Origin: Acidobacteriota bacterium
Lineage (GTDB): Bacteria; Acidobacteriota; UBA6911
Reading direction: 5' to 3'
Length of the DNA stretch: 64,000 nucleotides
Assembly: GCA_963664705.1 (NCBI GenBank)
Contig: OY761556.1
Coordinates: 6,336,001-6,400,000, forward strand
Positions 50,991 to 62,204 of the stretch are shown piece after piece. Every line of letters begins with the position of its first letter. Position 1 is the stretch's first letter. Under the pieces are notes generated by a model. The model saw only the letters and a list, made by a program, of their open reading frames with translations, was not told the origin of the DNA and ran no database searches. A program made the position numbers and the translations under genes.

Positions 50991-52297
50991 TAGTTCCCCG
51001 TCAGTGTCTGAATCATTGCGATGGCAATCCGATATCGGGAGAGTCCGTCAGCATAAGCATTGCGAGACTGAGCCAGCGTAGTTTGCGCGTCCACTACTTC
51101 CAGAGCGGTAGACTCCCCGGCCTCATACCGCAGGTTCGTTAACCTCAGGCTTTCGGCAGCTAAATCCAGCGACCGCTTCAGCGAATCTATTTGAGCGAAG
51201 GCGGCCCTTGCTTCCAGATACGAATTCCGGAGGTTTGAATTCAATTCCCGTTGGGTGAGCACCAGATCCAGCTGCGCCTGCTGCTTTCTCAACTCTGCCT
51301 GCTTGACTTTGCTCTTAGTCACCCACCAGTTGAAAATGGGAATGTTCAATGTTGCCTGGGCGCCGGATCCAAGACGACGGAATCCCGCCTCATCTCGAGC
51401 TGCAAACTGAGGAGAGTCGATGCCATAGAAATATTCGACCGAGAATGTAGGCATGTACCCACTGCGCGCGGCTGCTACGCCAAATTGTTCCTGGCTCACA
51501 TTTGCTTGCGCTGCGCGGAGATCCGGGCTGGTTTCGTTTGCCAACTTCTGGATCTGATTGAAATCAGCCAGTGTTGGCATCGATTCCAAATCATCAACCA
51601 CGGAAAAATCCGATGTAAGATCCGGGAAAATCAGAATTGCCAGCCCAATCTTATTTTTTTCCACTGAGAGCTGAGCATCCTGGAGATCGCGTTCCCGCTG
51701 TTGCAGCGTTAACTGAGCTTTTGCTACGTCGGCATAAGAGATCTCTCCGCCTCTTTCAAGTTTCTCCGTTATTTCAACAAAATGCTGTGCCTCATTCTTG
51801 CTCTGCTGGGCGTTGGCAAAATGCCTTTGGGATACCACTATTCCGTAGTAGTTCTGAAATACAGTTGTCACGAGCCCGCGCAAGGCAACGTCGCGCCTTG
51901 CAGTGGCTGCGGCTTCCGCGGCGATTGAACGCCTGTACTCCGCCAACCGGCCGGGAACAAATACATCCTGGCGAACCACTCCCTGGCTGACATATTCATG
52001 AACCCCATTGCTGCCGACAAAAACGCCTTCCGGAGTGCCGTTGCCCTGAGTGTAAATGTATTGATTGTGGTACTCAGCGGAAGGATAGAAGGCTGATTTC
52101 GCCAGGTAGCGATCAATGCGTGCAACATCGACCGCCACCGAAGCCGATTGAAACTGCGGGCTGTAAGTGCGGGCTCGTTCGAGAGCAGTCTTTATATCTA
52201 TTGTGACCGTTGCCTGTTGTCCTTTGACAGCTGCAGAGAACAAGCACATTCCGACCAAGATAAAGATCGGCAAGCGTACTACCAAATTCTTGAACAT
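50987..52297 (-). CDS. TolC family outer-membrane channel
   Basis: Signal peptide from ATG 52297 (RBS AGAGG); RYEAGESTALEVVDAQ. Confidence 0.88.
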   Translation of the reverse strand: MFKNLVVRLPIFILVGMCLFSAAVKGQQATVTIDIKTALERARTYSPQFQSASVAVDVARIDRYLAKSAFYPSAEYHNQYIYTQGNGTPEGVFVGSNGVHEYVSQGVVRQDVFVPGRLAEYRRSIAAEAAATARRDVALRGLVTTVFQNYYGIVVSQRHFANAQQSKNEAQHFVEITEKLERGGEISYADVAKAQLTLQQRERDLQDAQLSVEKNKIGLAILIFPDLTSDFSVVDDLESMPTLADFNQIQKLANETSPDLRAAQANVSQEQFGVAAARSGYMPTFSVEYFYGIDSPQFAARDEAGFRRLGSGAQATLNIPIFNWWVTKSKVKQAELRKQQAQLDLVLTQRELNSNLRNSYLEARAAFAQIDSLKRSLDLAAESLRLTNLRYEAGESTALEVVDAQTTLAQSRNAYADGLSRYRIAIAMIQTLTGNY

Positions 52298-52521
52298 AGA
52301 ATCCTCTAAAGAAATAGGATCTTGATTCCGGTCTCCTGAGAGTGCGAGCTTATCATTCATACTGGCTAGCGCAGGCAACGAGCAGGACGGTGAAGGTTGC
52401 ACGCTCGGCAGCTGAAACTTAGGCTCCCATTTGCCCTCATGTTCATAGGCAGGTACTCCAAAAACAATGAAAATCATCCTGCAACGCCTGCCGGGATGCC
52501 GCATTTCACGCATTGCTGCGG

Positions 52522-53583
52522 CTACAAGGCAGTAGCGCGATAGAATCGGATCTCTGCAGTTCGTCCGCTTTCTTGCGGCACAGCAAGAAAAAGTCCGTCC
52601 AACTCGGGCACGAAGAGCGAGGTTGCGGCGCCCTTCGCCGTGGATACCTTAGTAACGGATATATAGTGATCTGCATCCTGCTGCCGAATAACCTCGATGA
52701 CTCCTGTGCTGCAGGATGCATAGATCAATCTGCGCTTGGCATCATAATAGATGCCATCGCAGCCTTCGTCGATGTCCAGGCCGGCGATAGATTTGCCCGT
52801 AGCCGTATTAAGAACAACGAACTTGCCCGAATCGCACCCCACAAAAAGCCTGTGGTGCTGACGATCAAAGCCCATTGGAACATTCTCTTTGCCTACGGTT
52901 ATTGGCCAGGTTCCGATCACCGCCCCTTTGGCAATGTCCACAATAGCAACGTGGTTATCCGATGGGACGTTGACGTAAATCAGGTTGCCGTCTATCTCAA
53001 ACTGTTTTGGGTAATTCGCCAGCGGGATTTCGCCCCGCACAATGTCATGGCGCGTGTCAATCATGCCCAGTGCTCCGAAAGTCTTGCCTACGCCCACAAA
53101 GAGGAGGCCGCTGGCCGCATCGTAGCGCAAGTTATTGCACTTTTCCCTGAACTGAAAAGTCTTCACTGGCTCAAGTGTCTCCGAATCCAGGGCTGTGACC
53201 CGTGCATCGCCGGCAGTGGCGACATAGAGGCGTTTGGCTTCAGGGCGGTAGTTGAACCACTTGGGCTCATCGAAACCGGGCAAGCTGCGCAGGGGTTTCA
53301 TAGCTGCCAAATCCAGCACTTCTATGGAGTGATTGCTCTCAGCAGCGACAAACAGGCGATGCCCCCGCAGGTCTACGGCCATCAAATCGAATTCGCCCCG
53401 TACCGCAGGCAACGGGATGATTCGTTCAAGGCGCAGCAGCGGGGAGGAAATTGCAGTAGTTGGAGAACCCGGCTTACAGCCAGCAAAATTGAGAGCTGTT
53501 GCCACAATCGCCACTGTCGCGAGCCATGTATAACTGATCTTCATTCGCATAACCATTGTTGTAGAAGAAATAAAGTCATGCAC
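52522..53583 (-). CDS. YncE/YVTN-type beta-propeller exported protein
   Basis: Repeated RLFVA/RLYVA blades; FDLMAVD motif; signal peptide. Confidence 0.8.
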   Translation of the reverse strand: MHDFISSTTMVMRMKISYTWLATVAIVATALNFAGCKPGSPTTAISSPLLRLERIIPLPAVRGEFDLMAVDLRGHRLFVAAESNHSIEVLDLAAMKPLRSLPGFDEPKWFNYRPEAKRLYVATAGDARVTALDSETLEPVKTFQFREKCNNLRYDAASGLLFVGVGKTFGALGMIDTRHDIVRGEIPLANYPKQFEIDGNLIYVNVPSDNHVAIVDIAKGAVIGTWPITVGKENVPMGFDRQHHRLFVGCDSGKFVVLNTATGKSIAGLDIDEGCDGIYYDAKRRLIYASCSTGVIEVIRQQDADHYISVTKVSTAKGAATSLFVPELDGLFLAVPQESGRTAEIRFYRATAL

Positions 53584-53794
53584 CTTTTTGGAAGTTGACG
53601 GTGCGATTCTAACGGACCTGTTATGTGCCTTTCAACTACGATTGTTTTGATTTAGAGACACTTCCCTTAGGAGAGGGAAGATAGCTAAGCAGCCGGGACA
53701 GATTATTGGAGATTCCTATTTCACATCCCCAATCCCCCTCTCTTCGGTCTGAGACAAGAAGAGTATACTGGTAACGAGGACAGGAGGTACGGCT

Positions 53795-54436
53795 ATGGAG
53801 GGAATAGAAAAGACTTATTTTCATAGTTTGTATCAGTTGGTTGCGACGCTGAACTCAACGCGTTCTGCCGAGAATATCTTCCACTCTATTGTTGAGGATG
53901 TGGCAAAGGCAATGGACGCGAAGGGCTGTTCATTGTTGTTGCTTACGCCTGATAGAAAAGAACTCATGCGCATCACAGCCTATGGGTTGAGCGACTGGTA
54001 TGCCCGAATCGGACCTGCCTTAGCTGACAAGAGCATGTCAGAGTCTCTGGAAGGCGAAGTAGTGGCGGTGTTGGACGCGACTACGGATGAAAGGGTGCAA
54101 TTCAGAAAACAGGTTGCACAGGAGGGGATAGCCTCCATTCTCAGTGTTCCGGTTAAGTTGAGAGAGACAGTCATCGGTGTTATGCGGGTTTATTCTTCTG
54201 AGCAGCGTCAATTCACCGATACAGATGCCTCCTTTGCCAGTGCGGCGGCGAATTTTGGCGCCATTGCATTGGAAAGCGCAAAATTTTACCAGACCCTGCA
54301 GAAAAGCTATGACGATCTTCGGGAGGAACTGCTGCAACGGAATTCAAATCTTGGCTATGAGTGGTCAGCGGAAGGGTCTATCGTAGCTGCTCCAAAGGAA
54401 GATGTAGAATTCCCATACGCGCCTCCGGGAGGTTAG
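53795..54436 (+). CDS. Stand-alone GAF domain protein
   Basis: AKGCSLLLL, GIASILSVPV and IGVMRVYS...FT motifs. Confidence 0.85.
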   Translation: MEGIEKTYFHSLYQLVATLNSTRSAENIFHSIVEDVAKAMDAKGCSLLLLTPDRKELMRITAYGLSDWYARIGPALADKSMSESLEGEVVAVLDATTDERVQFRKQVAQEGIASILSVPVKLRETVIGVMRVYSSEQRQFTDTDASFASAAANFGAIALESAKFYQTLQKSYDDLREELLQRNSNLGYEWSAEGSIVAAPKEDVEFPYAPPGG

Positions 54437-54528
54437 CTGCCGGTACAGTACCACTGGTCTGCTTGTCTGCTCCGTTGGGTGCGAACGAATAGCGGCCGGG
54501 ATCAGAGCCAACCTGATCCTGGCCCACT

Positions 54529-55230
54529 CTATCGACGCGCATTCCGTAACACTGAGGACATTTTGTCCGCCACATCCTTTGAAAGTCCGCTTTCCTGTAA
54601 GCGCTTTACCGCACTTTCTACGTCATACCGGATTCGCTTCAAAATCACTTCGCCATCTTCCCAAACGGCTAAACAGCCGCGCGGGTCGCCATCGGTAGGC
54701 ATGCCTAGGCTGCCGGGATTCACCACTGTCAATCGGCCAATTTTTCTTATAAATGGCCAATGAGTATGGCCAACAAACAGCCACTCTTCCTGATCTGATA
54801 GTTCTCCAACCGCAGCCAGCCATTCTGATTCAGAAGCATCGCCATTCAGATATTCAAAAAGAGGATCGCGCGGCGTAGCGTGTATCAGATGTAACGTAGC
54901 GCCTTCCGCCCGATAGATGGATCCGGCTGGAAGTGAACGCATATAGTCCATCGATTCCTGGCTTATCACTGAACGAAAATGAGAACGCGTGGCAATCGAG
55001 AGCGCATAAGAATTGGAAGAACTGCGGCAGTCAGCTCCGGTTGCCATCGCGAAATCATGATTCCCGCTGATGGCGGTTGCTTCTCTCTCTCGAACCCAGC
55101 GCACCGCCTCTTCCGGTGAAGCGCCGTAGTCCACTATATCCCCGAGAACCAGCAGATCATCGAATTGTTCATCGATGGACTGCAAAGCATCGATATTGGC
55201 GTGGATATCGGTAAGAATTAGATAGCGCAC
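54529..55230 (-). CDS. Calcineurin-like metallophosphoesterase
   Basis: DIHAN, GDIVDYG, GNHD, GHTH and NPGS motifs. Confidence 0.92.
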   Translation of the reverse strand: MRYLILTDIHANIDALQSIDEQFDDLLVLGDIVDYGASPEEAVRWVREREATAISGNHDFAMATGADCRSSSNSYALSIATRSHFRSVISQESMDYMRSLPAGSIYRAEGATLHLIHATPRDPLFEYLNGDASESEWLAAVGELSDQEEWLFVGHTHWPFIRKIGRLTVVNPGSLGMPTDGDPRGCLAVWEDGEVILKRIRYDVESAVKRLQESGLSKDVADKMSSVLRNARR

Positions 55231-55243
55231 CTGCGGGCCTCCT

Positions 55244-56452
55244 CTATTTCAAAATTCTAGGCATCAACGCGGGATCTTTCCGCACAGACATGAGCAACGG
55301 AATTGAGGCAAATTGAGACAACATTGAGAATCCTATTACCCACATCATCGAGAGTTCATAGAGATAACCCATGAGCGCGCTTCCCAAAAACCAGAAGATT
55401 CCATAACCGGTATTGAAGATGCCATATGCAGTGCCCCGCTTGTCGGCCGGAACAATTTCTGCAACAGCCGCTCTCATGACAGATTCCTGTGCTCCCATGC
55501 CCGCGCCCCAGAGAACCATACCAGTGAGACTCGTGAAAAAACCTCCAAGCAGAACCAGGGGTGCAAAGAATACCGACACAAGGACAGAAATAATCAGGAC
55601 GATGATACCCCTGCGGTCGAAAAGCCGTCCAAAAATCAATGCCGCAATAGCATCGACTCCCATCGCTACGGCATAGAAAATCGGAATCCAGTCGCGTGGA
55701 ACTGTAGCGGCCTTTTGGAAATGGAAAGCGATCAAAGGAAAATCCGCATAACCTGCCGCAACTAGAGCCATTGCCAGCACGTAGATCCGGAAAACCTTAG
55801 AGAGCCCTTCTGCCCGCAATGGCGGAGCGGCCGGTTCAAGGCTGCGAGGACGCGGATATAGCAGTGCTGCGGTTGCCAACACGCAAATTGCAAGTATTGC
55901 TGGTATGAGCAGGACAGCAAAACCGTTTCTGTAACTCCCCCTGAAATACAGAATTGCTGCCACGATAAGCGGTCCAAGTATGGCGCCGATCTGGTCCATC
56001 GCCTCGTGTAGAGCGAAGCCCCACCCGCGTCCCATTTCCGAGGTGGCATGGGACAGCATGACGTCTCGTACAGGAGTCCGCACTCCCTTGCCAGTGCGCT
56101 CGGCTATCATCAAAAGCGCTGCGGCTTGCCAACTGCCGGCCAGTGCGAGAAGCGGAACGGCAATCATATTTACAGCGTACCCGAAGATTGTTATTCCCCA
56201 ATATTTTCCTGTCCTGTCCGCGAAATAACCTGAAACCAAGCGCACGCAATAGCCGATCAATTCTCCTAGGCCTGAAACAAAACCAACAATTATGGCATTC
56301 GCACCCAAGAGAGCCAGAAACGGACCGGCAATACTGCGCGCGCCCTCATAGGTGATGTCTGCGAAGAGACTCACTGCCCCCAACAAAATGACAAACATTA
56401 CAGCGGGACGACGCACAGTATTTTGGCGGGCTTTGGATTCAGGCATATGCAA
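55244..56452 (-). CDS. MFS transporter
   Basis: About 12 TM helices; GYFADRTG, GRLFDRRG and RGTAYGIF motifs. Confidence 0.9.
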   Translation of the reverse strand: MHMPESKARQNTVRRPAVMFVILLGAVSLFADITYEGARSIAGPFLALLGANAIIVGFVSGLGELIGYCVRLVSGYFADRTGKYWGITIFGYAVNMIAVPLLALAGSWQAAALLMIAERTGKGVRTPVRDVMLSHATSEMGRGWGFALHEAMDQIGAILGPLIVAAILYFRGSYRNGFAVLLIPAILAICVLATAALLYPRPRSLEPAAPPLRAEGLSKVFRIYVLAMALVAAGYADFPLIAFHFQKAATVPRDWIPIFYAVAMGVDAIAALIFGRLFDRRGIIVLIISVLVSVFFAPLVLLGGFFTSLTGMVLWGAGMGAQESVMRAAVAEIVPADKRGTAYGIFNTGYGIFWFLGSALMGYLYELSMMWVIGFSMLSQFASIPLLMSVRKDPALMPRILK

Positions 56453-56471
56453 TCATCGGAACATATAATCG

Positions 56472-57755
56472 TTAGATCGGGGATTTAAACACGGCCGCGC
56501 TTCCAAGCTCTGCTTCAATTTCCAGGAGCCGGTTGTATTTCGCAATTCGCTCACTCCTGCAGGCAGAGCCGCTTTTGATTTGCCCCCCACCCATGGCAAC
56601 CGCAAAGTCTGCCATGAACGCGTCTTCAGTTTCACCGGAGCGATGAGAGATGACAAAGCCCCAACCGGCTTTCCTGCAGAGCTGAATCGCTTCTATGGTT
56701 TCCGTTACGCTTCCGATCTGGTTCAGCTTGATGAGAACAGCATTGGTCGACTTTTCAGCAATTCCGCGCGCGATGAATTTGGTGTTCGTTACATACAGAT
56801 CATCACCCACAATCTGAATTTTTGATCCCAGCGCGGCCGTATGTTCGCGGAAACCATCCCAGTCGTTCTCAGCCAGGCCATCTTCAATGGAGATCACTTG
56901 ATATTTATCGATCCAGGTCTTGTAGAGGGCCGTCATCTCAGCGCTTGTCTTTTTGCCCTGGCCGGACTTGGAGAGGTTGTAAACGCCGCCTTCGAAGAAT
57001 GAGCTGGCTGCCGGATCCAGAGCGATGCCGATATCTTTGCCGGGTTTATATCCTGCGCTCTGAATCGCCTCGACGATTACCTCGCAGGCTTCATCGTTGC
57101 TTTTGAGATTTGGCGCGAATCCACCTTCATCTCCCACGGCCGTGGCATACCCCTTTTTCTTGAGTATCTTCTTCAATGTGTGAAAGACTTCAGCGCTGTA
57201 GCGAAGTCCTTCGGCAAAAGTCGGAGCCCCGATAGGCATTACCATGAACTCCTGGAGGTCAACGCTGTTGTCGGCATGCTTTCCACCATTGAGGATATTC
57301 ATCATCGGCACGGGAACCTGAACGGCGCCGGGTCCGCCAAGATAAGCGTACAGCGGAAGATTGGCAGAAAGAGCTGCCGCGCGCGCCACAGCCATAGAGA
57401 CGCCGAGAATCGCATTCGCTCCCAAATTGGTTTTGTTGGGCGTTCCATCCAGATCAATCATGGCGCGGTCGATTTCTACCTGGAGGCTGGGATTCATACC
57501 AACGATTTTTGGAGCGATGGTCTTATTGACATTAGTTACAGCCTTTAGCACGCCTTTGCCGTCATAGCGTTTTTTATCATCGTCCCGCAGCTCGCAGGCC
57601 TCATTTTCTCCCGTGGAGGCTCCGGATGGCACGGATGCACTTGCGATTACCCCATTCTCCAGGGTCACAAAGGCTCGAAGAGTCGGATTCCCTCGTGAAT
57701 CCAAAATTTCCATGGCTCTAACTGCATTAATTTTTTGATTTCTCTTATGGCTCAT
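56472..57755 (-). CDS. eno: Enolase
   Basis: [35 protein letters not shown] and ERIAKYN motifs. Confidence 0.98.
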   Translation of the reverse strand: MSHKRNQKINAVRAMEILDSRGNPTLRAFVTLENGVIASASVPSGASTGENEACELRDDDKKRYDGKGVLKAVTNVNKTIAPKIVGMNPSLQVEIDRAMIDLDGTPNKTNLGANAILGVSMAVARAAALSANLPLYAYLGGPGAVQVPVPMMNILNGGKHADNSVDLQEFMVMPIGAPTFAEGLRYSAEVFHTLKKILKKKGYATAVGDEGGFAPNLKSNDEACEVIVEAIQSAGYKPGKDIGIALDPAASSFFEGGVYNLSKSGQGKKTSAEMTALYKTWIDKYQVISIEDGLAENDWDGFREHTAALGSKIQIVGDDLYVTNTKFIARGIAEKSTNAVLIKLNQIGSVTETIEAIQLCRKAGWGFVISHRSGETEDAFMADFAVAMGGGQIKSGSACRSERIAKYNRLLEIEAELGSAAVFKSPI

Positions 57756-57810
57756 GATTTCTCCTTTTCGAATAAGGATCTCTCGGTCCAAAGCTATGCC
57801 GACAACGCGA

Positions 57811-59487
57811 TTATTGCAGCCTGATCGTGTTTTTCATCAATTCTATTTCTTCAAGACTTGTCCGGATCTCCTGCGAATCCGAACGTGTTGTCGAGAGCAG
57901 TGCTTCGATGGTCAGGATCTGTTCATGCACATTTTTCTCGGCATCGCGTTGCATTTTCAGAATTGCGTTATTGATATTCTCGGTCCACTGCGATGCTAAA
58001 CGTGACAGGTTCTTTTCAGTTTCATAGGGAATCCGATTTATGAAGTGCTTGTCCGCCCAGGACCGAAACAGCCACATCGGAATTACAAACCAGAGCAAGT
58101 CAGTGTTGAACATGAATAGGTTGCCTATCGCGATGTCTGGTATGGTTGGCCTCTTTAGCTCGATCTCGAACGGCTCAACAGAAAAGCGCATGCCTAGAGC
58201 CTGTTCGATATTGCCGGCAAGACGATCGCGGAATCCCTGTACTGCTCTCGTCAAAGTCTCACGTGCCTCCTCGAGGGAAGCAATAAACAGGTCTCCGTCT
58301 CTGAGAGAAATCTCCTTCATTTCACGCCGCATAGACTCATCGAGCCAGCCCTCGAATGCGCGGCTCAGATTCCAGAGGTTCGATTGCAGCCCGGACAGCT
58401 TTTCCCTAAGCTCTAGCGTGATCCGCTTTTTGATATCGGGTCTCAGTTCTTCCATCCGTTTCATGAGCCAGGGGCGCGTCCGGCCGGCGCATTCTGCTGC
58501 TAATGCCTGCAATTCCATCCGGACCGATTCATGGCTGGTCTTCTCGTTCAGGATTTGCATCTTGAGCCTGGACCTGTCAGCATCCATGCGCTCCGCAGCA
58601 GCCAGAGCCAGAGAAAGATATTCCGTGGCCTTACTGAGTAATGAACCAAATTTGAATTGGGCGATCTCATAACGGGTGGTATCGCTGTTCTCCACCAGTG
58701 GAAGCAAAAGCTCGTGGTCCAGTGTTAATTGCAGGTGCTCATAATCCTGACGTACTGAAAACGGCACGATCTTAAACTCGGAACCGAATTCCTTCATCAG
58801 TTCCGCGCGGATGAATTCCGTGATTTCTTGCCTCTCGCTTTCGGTCACCAGATCCGATTTTGTAAGTAGGATGACAATCTTCGGCGTGTAACCGAGCAGG
58901 GTGCGGATGAGTTCGACATCATGTTTGGACAGCGGAGGATCTACGCTGACGGTCACCAGTGCTAGTCCCACTTTAGGCAACCAATCCAATGCCATTTCGG
59001 TATTGTGCTGAAACACGCTCTCCAGCCCGGGAGTGTCCACAAATTGCAGGCAACGATAAGGCTTCAGCGAAGGCAACTCGATGGTAACCGAAGCGACCTT
59101 TTTCATGTTCATCGGGTTTTCAGCTTCGGAAACAAATAATTCTACAGATTCTAGAGGGACAGTCTCCGATTTGCCGCCGTAGTACTGAACTGTCGTCCGT
59201 TCTTGCGGGCTATAGCGGAGACGTGTGATGACTGCAGTAACCGGAGTCACACCGACCGGCAAGACAGATCTCTTGGCAAGCAGATTTAGAAGCGAACTTT
59301 TTCCCGCCTTGAACCGGCCGAAAACCCCGACATCGATCAGGTCTTCCGCCTCCAGAACTGATCCGCAGGCCTCCAAATTGGGCTGGATTGCAGAGAGAGA
59401 GTACTTCTCCTGAATGACTTGGATTCGTTCCAGGACATCTCTAAGAGTGCCGTTCGCTTTACCGATTATTTTAGGATGGGCCATCAC
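57811..59487 (-). CDS. Bacterial dynamin-like GTPase A
   Basis: G1 [10 protein letters not shown]2 GVTPVT, G3 DTPG, G4 TKSD; helical stalk and hydrophobic paddle ([11 protein letters not shown]). Confidence 0.85.
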   Translation of the reverse strand: MMAHPKIIGKANGTLRDVLERIQVIQEKYSLSAIQPNLEACGSVLEAEDLIDVGVFGRFKAGKSSLLNLLAKRSVLPVGVTPVTAVITRLRYSPQERTTVQYYGGKSETVPLESVELFVSEAENPMNMKKVASVTIELPSLKPYRCLQFVDTPGLESVFQHNTEMALDWLPKVGLALVTVSVDPPLSKHDVELIRTLLGYTPKIVILLTKSDLVTESERQEITEFIRAELMKEFGSEFKIVPFSVRQDYEHLQLTLDHELLLPLVENSDTTRYEIAQFKFGSLLSKATEYLSLALAAAERMDADRSRLKMQILNEKTSHESVRMELQALAAECAGRTRPWLMKRMEELRPDIKKRITLELREKLSGLQSNLWNLSRAFEGWLDESMRREMKEISLRDGDLFIASLEEARETLTRAVQGFRDRLAGNIEQALGMRFSVEPFEIELKRPTIPDIAIGNLFMFNTDLLWFVIPMWLFRSWADKHFINRIPYETEKNLSRLASQWTENINNAILKMQRDAEKNVHEQILTIEALLSTTRSDSQEIRTSLEEIELMKNTIRLQ

Positions 59488-59501
59488 TTAGTCCTGAAAG
59501 C

Positions 59502-59536
59502 AAAAACCCCACCTCGGAAATTCCCGGGCGGGGTTC
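59502..59536 (-). terminator. Intrinsic terminator-like hairpin in the leader of dynamin A
   Basis: AACCCCGCCCGGGAA/TTCCGAGGTGGGGTT followed by a T-run. Confidence 0.6.
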
Positions 59537-59578
59537 TTATTCTCAAACTATGCCCTACCCTGGTGTCGGTTGAGGTTC

Positions 59579-59628
59579 GGGTAGGAGTTATCAGGCCATC
59601 GGCCGGTTATCTGGCGAACTCCATCGCC
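59579..59628 (-). ncRNA. Fluoride riboswitch (crcB motif) 1
   Basis: GGCGATGGAGTTCGCC...TAACCG...CTGATAACTCCTACCC. Confidence 0.9.
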
Positions 59629-59679
59629 AAAACATCATCATAACAACGGCACTAATGCTGCGCAAGTCAGTGTGAAGGC

Positions 59680-60105
59680 TTAGCTCTTCACTATCAGTAC
59701 GCTGCAATGCGCGTGATCGCTGACACGGTCCGCCGTGTCGCCCAGCAACCGTCCCCACAATCCGGAGTGGTCGCTGTGACCAATGATGATCAGATCACAT
59801 TGCTTCTCGTCCGCCGCCATGACAATCGTTTTTGCGGGATGGCCCGAACGAGACTCGCATTCAATGGCAATACCGTACTGCTTTGCAATGGCCTCAACTT
59901 CCCCACGACGCTCTTTGAAGTATTCCTGCGCAGCTTCCGTCTCCTCTTCGAACTCCCCAGGCAAATCCGAGTAACGTGGAAGCGGCTCTCGAACCCAGAG
60001 AGCCGTGAACCTGGCGTCATACTCTTTAGCCAATATTGCGGCTCTTTGCAGAGCCTTTTTTGAACTGTTCGATCCGTCATAGCCCACGAGGATGTTTTTG
60101 AACAT
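59680..60105 (-). CDS. Universal stress protein
   Basis: ILVGYDGS, GHPAKTI and LLGDTADRV..HAHCSVLIV motifs. Confidence 0.93.
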   Translation of the reverse strand: MFKNILVGYDGSNSSKKALQRAAILAKEYDARFTALWVREPLPRYSDLPGEFEEETEAAQEYFKERRGEVEAIAKQYGIAIECESRSGHPAKTIVMAADEKQCDLIIIGHSDHSGLWGRLLGDTADRVSDHAHCSVLIVKS

Positions 60106-60112
60106 TTGTTCC

Positions 60113-61330
60113 TCACTTTCCGCTGGTTATCGGAGCCTTCGCGCTTTTACCATTGATTCTTCGAGTGTATGTAACGCCCCACTCGATCATCGTCTCGATC
60201 TTCGGTTGAAAGAGTTTCTGAGCGATAAGGGTCGGCACAAATGCGCTCAGAATGACTACTGTCACAAGAATCGTATATTGCTTCTCATCGATGATCTTAT
60301 TCTGAAGGCCGAAAAGTGCAGAAATCGTACCGAAGGTCAGTCCGGTTGCCATGAGCAAGGTGGTGTAATTCGCTTCCCGGGTGGCCATGTAAAAGGCCTT
60401 GGTCGATGGTCAGACTCCCAGAAATTTCGTTGCGAGCTTCAATCCCAGCAAAACCACAATTATGCCCAGCGATGCCCATAGTGCGGGGAGTGAAACGTAA
60501 AGACCGGCTTTTATGAAGTAGAACGGAGTGAAGATTGCGAAAGCGATACTGCGCATACGGTGCACCAGCGTTTTATCGCGAAGGAATACACCTGCCACTA
60601 CCAGACCGACCAGATAAGCCGGGAGAACCGCTTCACTCTTGGCGGTCGACGCGAGTCCCCCCAAGAAGAAAAGAGTGAGAAAGATGAACTTTACTTCAGG
60701 CTCACTGACGCGTGTCGCGCCGAATGTATCGATCAGGAGCCTCGTCCACTTTGGTAGGAACCATAATGCGATCGATAGAACCACAACGAAAACCACAAGC
60801 CAGATGTCGAATTTGGCGAATAGGGTACCAAGAGCAAGAACGGTTCCGAAATCCGTTATGAAGCATGCCGCCAGAATCGTTTTGCCGAGGGCCGTCTCCC
60901 CAAGCCCGCCCTCAATCATAACGGCATAAACAACCGCGACAGATGTGGTCGAAAGGGCTATCCCGGCGATCTGCGCCTGGTGCAACGGCCACCCCAGCAC
61001 ATACTGTGCGAATATCCAGACGAAAACAAACGGAAGCAGAAAAGAGAGGATACCGATCGTGAGGCTGGCGCGAAGACTGGAACGCAGAGAAGCGGGATCG
61101 ATCTCAGCGCCTGCAAGGAATGTCAATACGCCGCTTCCGAGCATTGCCAGAAAGTTGGTCCATTCTGTAGTCTTCAGGATGTGGTGTTGGGCGCCGAACT
61201 GAAAATTCCCTGCGATTACTCCGACAACAATTTCGATCAAAGCTACTGAAATACCTGTGCGAATCGAGACTAGGCTGGCAACGAAGGCCAGCGCCATCCA
61301 TATGGCGGCTACATACCAGATATTATCCAT
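60113..61330 (-). pseudogene. CPA2 cation:proton antiporter with a single in-frame TGA
   Basis: LSTTSVAVVY and ACFITD motifs. ORFs 60410-61330 and 60113-60388 share a frame; the TGA at 60410-60412 falls in KFLGV*PSTKAF. Confidence 0.82.
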
Positions 61331-61343
61331 GTTGTTCCTTGAG

Positions 61344-61703
61344 CTAGGTTCCCGTTTTTTCAGGAGGCACTTGCGAGGACCTGTAATCTATCACCTTCGC
61401 TTGTTCCAAAGTAACAAGGCCTCCGTTCATCATCCCATCGATTGCAGAAAGGAACGCGTTGATCCTCTCTTCAGTATCGATAATTTCAACAACCAGTGGC
61501 AGGTCCGACGAGATGTGCAGGGGCTTGGCCGCATGCAACCTGCTGGACAAACCATACCCCAAAGGACCTCGCAGCACGGTGGCGCCGGCCATATGCATTT
61601 GGCGGGCCTTGAGAACCAGGGCTTCATAAAGAGGTTGGTGCTTCCATCGGTCGCTTTCGCCAAGGAAGATTCGCAACAGCATCGCATCGTGTGGGAGATG
61701 CAT
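61344..61703 (-). CDS. DUF190 (PII-like, CrcB-associated) protein
   Basis: LLRIFLGESD, AGATVLRG..GYG and DLPLVVEIID motifs; RBS AAGGAG. Confidence 0.9.
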   Translation of the reverse strand: MHLPHDAMLLRIFLGESDRWKHQPLYEALVLKARQMHMAGATVLRGPLGYGLSSRLHAAKPLHISSDLPLVVEIIDTEERINAFLSAIDGMMNGGLVTLEQAKVIDYRSSQVPPEKTGT

Positions 61704-61845
61704 ATCAGGCTCCTTCATAAGAACAGATTCCTGGAACGCTATTCCCAATCCAAGCCCCGTCTGATTCTTCAGGTGAAGTATGCCGAAATTCTAGAAGAAA
61801 AACTGGTGCTGCCACTCACTTCATGCCGTATACCGAATTCGGGCA

Positions 61846-61948
61846 TAAAAAAACTCCTACCGAATCACGTTGGTCCGGGTAGGAGTCATCAGCTCTGATG
61901 ATTTCAGGCGGTTTCTCACCATCTGGCGAGCAGGCAAACTCCATTGCC
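61846..61948 (-). ncRNA. Fluoride riboswitch 2 with overlapping terminator
   Basis: GGCAATGGAGTTTGCC, extra hairpin CTCGCCA/TGGTGAG, AAACCGCC...GCTGATGACTCCTACC; terminator ACTCCTACC...GGTAGGAGT-TTTTTT. Confidence 0.9.
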
Positions 61949-62057
61949 TATAAACATTACTTTATACGTGTGCGGTTACCTTGCGCAAGCATCTTCACAT
62001 AGCAACATAAGGAACGATTAGGCTGAAGATTTATAATCTGATGCGAATTCCTCGCGA

Positions 62058-62087
62058 TTGACATGAACCCGTAGGCTTGGATAACCT
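62058..62087 (+). promoter_or_regulatory. Putative sigma70 promoter
   Basis: TTGACA-N18-TAACCT, 10 bp upstream of riboswitch 3. Confidence 0.45.
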
Positions 62088-62097
62088 AGTTCTCAGA

Positions 62098-62177
62098 GGC
62101 GATGGAGTTCGCCCTTAACCATCTCCATGAGATTGATGACTCCTACCTGGAAAACTGGCCGGTAGGAGTTTTTTTTT
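62098..62177 (+). ncRNA. Fluoride riboswitch 3 with overlapping terminator
   Basis: GGCGATGGAGTTCGCC..TAACC...TTGATGACTCCTACC; terminator ...GGTAGGAGT followed by a T-run. Confidence 0.92.
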
Positions 62178-62204
62178 ACGAAAATTCAAAACCGGCCGCA
62201 ATAA

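Noticed and set aside
52513-53598. 361-aa plus-strand ORF
   Set aside because: Antisense shadow of the beta-propeller gene
60410-60412. Selenocysteine or genetic-code reassignment of TGA
   Set aside because: The context suggests Trp in a membrane protein, no clear SECIS hairpin was seen, and many other genes in the window end normally in TGA
61257-61898. 213-aa plus-strand ORF
   Set aside because: Antisense to DUF190 and riboswitch 2, with no motifs
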